Assembly (NCBI RefSeq): GCF_009914755.1
Contig: NC_060927.1
Reading direction: 5' to 3' (one strand)
DNA from: the human T2T-CHM13v2.0 reference genome, Homo sapiens
Length of the DNA: 64,000 nt
The number at the start of each line of letters is the position of its first letter. Position 1 is the stretch's first letter. Made by a program: the position numbers and the translations under genes. Shown here one piece after another: positions 55,000 through 64,000 of this stretch. Below the pieces are notes generated by a model. That model was not told where the DNA came from. It did no database searches and was given only the letters and a program-made list of their open reading frames with translations.

Positions 55000-55460
55000 G
55001 GCTTCCGGCGGCGTGACCTGACCGCAAGAGGCCAATGGAGTGTGGGAGCTGAAAGGGTCTTCGCTGGCGGCCGGTAACTGGCGGCGGTTGGGAACGGCCG
55101 AGTGTGGCTCTTCTGGTGTTTCAGCTTGGGGAGAGAGGAGTGGCCTTCCTCTTGCAGTTGAGGCCGGCGCCGAGCCGGACTTCAGCCGGATCTCGTGGCG
55201 GAGCCCATCTTGCTCCCTCTCCCAGGCCTTTACCCGCTCCCTAGGATTCCCGGGCCCTGTAGGTGGGAGTTGGGAGACGTGAGTTCTCTTTCATTCTGCG
55301 CCTCTCATTGGCTCTCTGACCTTGTGCGGAACGCGTCCTTTAGCTGACCTCAGCTGCATTTTTTAGAAGATGGAGATTGTATTCACAGTGACTGTCAGCT
55401 TTTTAACGGCGGGAACTGACGTAGTGTTAAACACTGTCGTGTATCGCTGGCACAGCACAA
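54880..55460. promoter_or_regulatory. CpG-rich, TATA-less, probably bidirectional promoter
   Basis: High CpG density. Three ETS/GABP cores (ACTTCCG 54982, TTTCCGG 54989, CTTCCGG 55002), GC box GGGGCGG 54995, CCAAT 55032, NRF1-like GCGCATGC 54909. Splice donors on both strands point away from the core. Confidence 0.85.
55000..55278 (+). other. THUMPD3: THUMPD3 non-coding first exon with two candidate donors (after 55073 and after 55278)
   Basis: CCG|gtaact at 55073/74 and GAC|gtgagt at 55278/79 inside the CpG-rich region. TSS is approximate. Confidence 0.7.
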
Positions 55461-55744
55461 GGACATTATAGGTATTCTGTACTCAATTAAGTTATTTTGA
55501 GTCACAGACCTTTTGAAAATCTCGTGTAAGCTATGGCCCCTCCACCTCTCTAATACTTCCCCCGGCCCCCACCCCAAGCACACACAAAAGCTTATGCATA
55601 GGAAATTTGTTTTACTATTTCGGATTACTTCCAAGATCTCTCTCCTGATGCCCATCTATGGATCCCAGAGTCTGGCAAGTAGTAGGCGTTTGAACATTTG
55701 TAATCATTAGATAGTAAGTATTCAGTTAACCATTTTTATTTTTA

Positions 55745-56628
<884 letters not shown>

Positions 56629-57013
56629 TAGATGCAGAAATGGATTTGAATGTGATCTGCAGTTTCTGTCGTAGTTATGAAATGGCTTTTGTCAACATGG
56701 GTTACCCCAAAGCAAACATTGCATGCTATGGAAATACTTCTTGTCTCTTTTTCTCCCATGGTATCTGTATTGCTTCTTTAATAATAACATCATGTTTTAC
56801 AGCCTGCACTCTGTGCCCATGTTTATTCAACCCTTTTTACTTTGGTGACTGTTTATCAGATGTGTTGCCTTGTTCTTCCTGCCCTCCAGAGCCCATGTTT
56901 TTAATTATAACTGAAATATGAAATGATAATATTTGGGCTTTATTTCTTTTTCTTTTAAAGGACAGTACTGCTTTTAAAGAGACAGTGTTAGGGATCTTGG
57001 AAGCACAGCCAAC

Positions 57014-57265
57014 ATGTGTGACATTGAAGAAGCCACTAACCAACTCCTAGATGTGAACCTTCATGAGAACCAGAAGTCTGTACAAGTGACAGAAAGCGAC
57101 CTCGGAAGTGAATCTGAGCTTCTAGTCACTATTGGAGCCACTGTACCTACTGGCTTTGAGCAAACAGCTGCAGATGAAGTCAGAGAGAAACTTGGGTCAT
57201 CATGCAAAATCAGCAGAGACCGTGGCAAGATATATTTTGTCATTTCAGTGGAAAGTCTGGCACAG
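57014..57265 (+). CDS. THUMPD3: THUMPD3 first coding exon (exon spans 56961-57265; codons 1-84), tRNA m2G6 methyltransferase
   Basis: Acceptor tttcttttaaAG ends at 56960. ATG at 57014 in gccaacATGt. Reads MCDIEEATNQLLDV...VESLAQ, recognisable as the THUMPD3 N-terminus. Donor CAG|gtttga after 57265; 252 nt, phase 0. Confidence 0.95.
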
Positions 57266-57434
57266 GTTTGAATGGAGCAATACTTAAAATAGTTTTCTAA
57301 GTTGATCATTTTATGGTTACTTTTCATTTTATAGACCCTTCTGGAATCCTTTCTGATTTTCATTGCTCTGCCCCAAATCAGGTGATTTTAAAGTTACTGC
57401 ATTTTCTATTGAGTACTGATTTGTAATTTTGACT

Positions 57435-57951
<517 letters not shown>

Positions 57952-58852
57952 GTAGGATTGCTACATTTTTAGAGGTGATCTAGTATTTCTTGAGGATTGA
58001 ATTCACCAGAAAGAATACTGTTCAACTTAAGAAATTCTCTAAGTATCTCAGTATTTATTTACTTCAGCATATAGCAGATGTTTAACCTTTGGTGATGAAA
58101 CATAAAAGAGATTTTCCTTTTAATTTGCATCAAAAATTCTTGCTCAGAAGTAATTAGGACTCACTCAAGGTAAAAAGTGAAGGTCAGAAAACTGCAATCT
58201 CACTATCATAAAGCTGATATATCTCATTACCACATAAGCAGTGAGAGGGCAAGGATTGTTGTCTATTTTTTTTTCCACCAATATATCCCACGCTCTTAGT
58301 GTCTGGCATATAGTAGGTACCCAGAAAATATCTGTGGGATGAATTGGTAAGCAAATGTTTTCCATCCAATATTTTAGCCAATACCCTCAGCAGCTTTGTG
58401 AAGATAGGCACTATTATTATCCTCATTAATCATTAGGCTTAGGACACATAAATAATTTCCCCAGGGCCACTCAGCTAGTAATCACAGAACTGGAGCTCAA
58501 ATCCCCTGCTTTTAACCATTGCAGCATACAGTGTACCCTAGAAAGTCATCGAGGAAATATGATACAGCCCACCTGAGTGGCTTCACCTTTCTCTTCTCCC
58601 ACAAAAGACGTGTTGCCCACAAAACACTTCATGCTTCTCTCTTTCCATCTGCCCTTTTTCCCTTTCTCTAGGGGAAAGCTGATTAGTAACCAAAGAGATG
58701 AGACACTAGGGAGATGGGACATTTTAAAAATACAAAATATAGTTAGTAGCTGCTTTAAAACTATCATTCCTAATTTTTTAAATACTTAATTGTTGATAGC
58801 TTGTGCTGTTCAAAAGCTTTCTCAGAAATGTGTTTCTTTTTTTTTCACCCAG

Positions 58853-58930
58853 GTTCATTGTCTGAGATCAGTTGATAACTTATTTGTGGTGGTTCAGGAG
58901 TTTCAAGATTACCAGTTCAAACAAACAAAG
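58853..58930 (+). CDS. THUMPD3: THUMPD3 coding exon (26 codons, VHCLRSVDNLFVVVQEFQDYQFKQTK)
   Basis: Polypyrimidine tract plus cccAG ending at 58852; donor AAG|gtgagc after 58930; 78 nt, phase 0/0, open and in frame. Too short for the ORF track. Confidence 0.93.
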
Positions 58931-59728
58931 GTGAGCTATCCTAAACATGGTGGCTGATTTTTGGCTGTCTTCCACAAAGAGATTATTTCCATTTTTCATA
59001 GTCTGTGAAAGTTTAGCATTACTGTAGTCTTTGTAATAGAGAATACTGGGAGGCTTTTACAGTAAAATCTAGAGTTTTGCTGACAGTCTATCCCAAAAGA
59101 TGTTTTTTGAAAATTAGTATTGAAAACCATTAAAGTTTATAAGAAAGAAGAAAACACCTTGTTTTACTTGTAAGAGATATAAACCTTAGATTTGCTTTGC
59201 TTTTACATATATTTAGTTCCAAAAGAGAATTGCTTCCAGAACATGAACCAAAGAACAAGTGACAGTTTGTGTCTTCTACAAATAACACTTCCTCACCATC
59301 CTGCTTTTGCTCTGCTTTCTTCTCTTTCTTCATTTTTTGAAATAAAGCCAAAATAACATCTAAATACTCCTTCAGTTGTTAGGACAACAGCTTTGTCTCC
59401 AATATGTATTTAGCATCTGAATCCTAAATATTCAGCTGCTGCCTAAGCTGAAGGTTGAAAATAGATTGCAGCAAGGCTTTAGGTTTTTTCCACACTGCTT
59501 TTTGGTTAGGTTTCTAGAGTTAACCGCTTAAAAACATTTTTCTATCAGTTTTACGTATCTTAGAAATAATCTTTTTAAAAACAACTGTGATACGCTACCT
59601 AATTGTCTAACTTTTATTTATTGGCAAGCATGTTGATTTCCAAAACGTTATTCAAAAACGAGTCAAAGTTGTATGAACCCTCAGCCTAGAAAACAATAAG
59701 ACCAGACCTAAAAGAAGTCAGACTTAAG

Positions 59729-61540
<1,812 letters not shown>

Positions 61541-62399
61541 TATGTTGGAGATCCTGGCAGTATCATTGCTGGAATTGGCTGCGTATACTCCATTGTTTGG
61601 CTGTATAATAATTTAACCAGTCCCATTTTAGGGCATGAGGGTTTTTCACATTCTTTTGCTATTACAGTGGTGCAACAAATACACTATGTAAATTCTTGTA
61701 CATATTCAAACTGAGTGTCATCTTTGTGTTTATCCCATTGATACTTATTGATAATGACAACTGTTTAGTCTTAGTTTTGTCATGCTCATACTTTTTGTTT
61801 TTTCTTAATTTGAAAAATCTTTACATTATGTCTTTACTTTTTTCATATGCCTGTGTTTTCTAATAGTTTGGAAGGTTTATGTGTGTGTGTTCTAGCTGTT
61901 ACCTTTATAACTACAATTTGATATTATCTACCTTATCTACCATATATACACGGTATTTTTTGAATCCCTGCTAAAAGCAATGATGAAATTGGCATATTTA
62001 TACTTTTTTCCTTTATTTTTCAGTTATTTTTCTTAGTGTTCACCCTTAAACTTTTAAATATACTTACATTTTATTTATCAGCTTTAACTTCTATCCTTTG
62101 ACCTCTGGGTGTAAGAGATGAGGGTATCAGTATGCCCATTTACATGCCAGTTTGTAACATTTACCTTCTGCTTTATAATCACAATCCCTACACTTGTTTT
62201 CATTTTAGTGATATAATTAAATAGATTATAGGCACATTATTTGTCCTTTTGTTATAATTTGTATCTGTTGAATGGCATGAGTTCAGAAATGTTTGTCTTT
62301 CACCTTTATATTTGGCTGATAGTTTGGGTATAAAATTTGGAGTTAGGCTTTCTTTCCTTAAGAATATTGTAGTCAGTGTTCATTCTCTTTTGTAAAAGA

Positions 62400-62925
62400 T
62401 TTATTTTTTTAGACAAGATCTTGCTCTGTTGTCTAAGCTGGAGTGCATTGGCGTGATCATAGCTCATTGGAGCCTTGACCTCCCAGGCTCAAGCAGTCCT
62501 CCCATCTCAGCTTCCTGAGTAGCTGGGACTACAGGCACGTGCCACCATGCCCAGTTAATTTTTGTATTTTTTTGTGGAGACAGAGTTTTGCCATGTTGCC
62601 TAGTCTGGTCTCAAACTCCTAAGTTCAAGTGATCCACTTGCTTCAGCTTCCTAAAGTGCTGGGATTACAGGCATGAGCCACCATATCCAGCCCAGACTTT
62701 TTTTCTTGTCATTATTTCCCAAACAATACAGTATAACAACTATTTCCATAGCATTTACATTGTATCAGGTATCATAGGTAAGATAGAGATGATTTAAGTT
62801 ACTCTTGAGAGGATGTGTGTAGGTCATATGTAGACACTATACCATTTTATATGAGGGACTTTTGAGCATCTTTGGGTTTTGGTGTCTTTGGCGGTCCTGG
62901 AACCAGTGTCCCCCACGGATACCAA
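62400..62925. mobile_element. AluJ(-) 62400-62693 abutting a MER2 fragment
   Basis: MER2-like cttgtcattatttcccaaacaatacagtataacaactattt...cccccacggatacc. Confidence 0.75.
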
Positions 62926-63006
62926 CTGTCCATAAGCAAAGTAGAGGTTTATTTGTTTGATTATAGTGGTGAGAAATGAATGAATTTCTTTCTCTGTCCT
63001 TTACAG

Positions 63007-63483
63007 GAAGAAGTTCTAAAGGATTTTGAAGACTTGGCTGGAAAACTCCCATGGTCAAACCCCTTAAAAGTGTGGAAAATTAATGCCAGTTTTAAAAAGA
63101 AAAAAGCAAAGCGCAAAAAGATAAATCAGAATTCAAGTAAAGAGAAGATTAATAATGGACAAGAAGTCAAAATCGATCAGAGAAATGTTAAAAAAGAGTT
63201 CACTAGCCATGCTTTAGATTCTCATATCTTAGATTATTATGAAAATCCAGCCATCAAAGAGGATGTATCAACATTAATAGGTGATGATTTGGCATCTTGC
63301 AAAGATGAGACTGATGAAAGCTCAAAAGAAGAAACTGAGCCTCAAGTGCTGAAGTTTAGAGTCACATGCAACAGGGCAGGAGAGAAACATTGCTTTACCT
63401 CAAATGAGGCTGCAAGAGATTTTGGGGGTGCTGTTCAAGATTATTTTAAGTGGAAGGCCGACATGACCAACTTTGATGTGGAG
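63007..63483 (+). CDS. THUMPD3: THUMPD3 coding exon (159 codons, THUMP-domain region); gene continues past the window
   Basis: Acceptor ctttacAG ends at 63006; donor GAG|gtaggt after 63483; 477 nt, phase 0/0. EEVLKDFEDLAGKLPW...KFRVTCNRAGEKHCFTSNEAARDFGGAVQDYFKWKADMTNFDVE contains THUMP motifs. Confidence 0.95.
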
Positions 63484-63785
63484 GTAGGTATAGGCTCTGA
63501 CTGTGGTGATTGAAGAATGCTGTCACAGATTTGTAGAATTTCCAGACTAACCCAATGTTATGCACAATTAAACTGAGGAAATAGTAGGGTGTGGTTAAGA
63601 AGAGCATAGGCTATGGAGACAGATTTAGATCCAAATTTTAACTCCACAACTGTATAACTTTGGACTAGATAGTCTCTGAGCCTCTGTTTCAAATGGAGCC
63701 AATAATATTATGTACCTTTAAGGTTATCCTGAAGGATAAATGAGGTACATTTAAAATATTTGGTGCAATACCTTGCATACACTAA

Positions 63786-64000
<215 letters not shown>

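Noticed and set aside
62980-63513. 177-aa ORF as a stand-alone gene
   Set aside because: It is the 63007-63483 exon plus intronic read-through. Likewise 57014-57271 runs past its donor.

Overview
Primate (almost certainly human, chr3p25.3-like) genomic DNA, repeat-rich with about 45 Alu copies or fragments. The only real protein-coding sequence is the 5' part of THUMPD3 (+ strand): CpG promoter near 55.0 kb, 5'UTR exon(s), and coding exons 57014-57265, 58853-58930 and 63007-63483, which splice in frame to 269 codons. A full-length processed PGAM1 pseudogene with 15-bp TSDs lies at 40344-42027. A two-LTR MER57-type (ERV1) provirus lies on the minus strand at 15821-22973, with a tRNA-Leu(CAA) PBS and a PPT. 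The most interesting structure is a chain of minus-strand splice signals. A transcript diverging from the THUMPD3 promoter could use them to splice into two provirus-derived exons (69 and 159 nt). The first carries the tRNA-complementary PBS, and the downstream 3' LTR has lost its poly(A) hexamer. Other oddities include a templated L1 insertion inside an Alu monomer, a triple-TSD Alu tandem, nested transposons, several short tandem duplications and a candidate NF-kB/IRF enhancer. Nearly all ORF-track entries are repeat-derived or random. I found no convincing wholly novel multi-gene system. Repeat family names come from recalled consensus similarity; boundaries without a quoted TSD are approximate.
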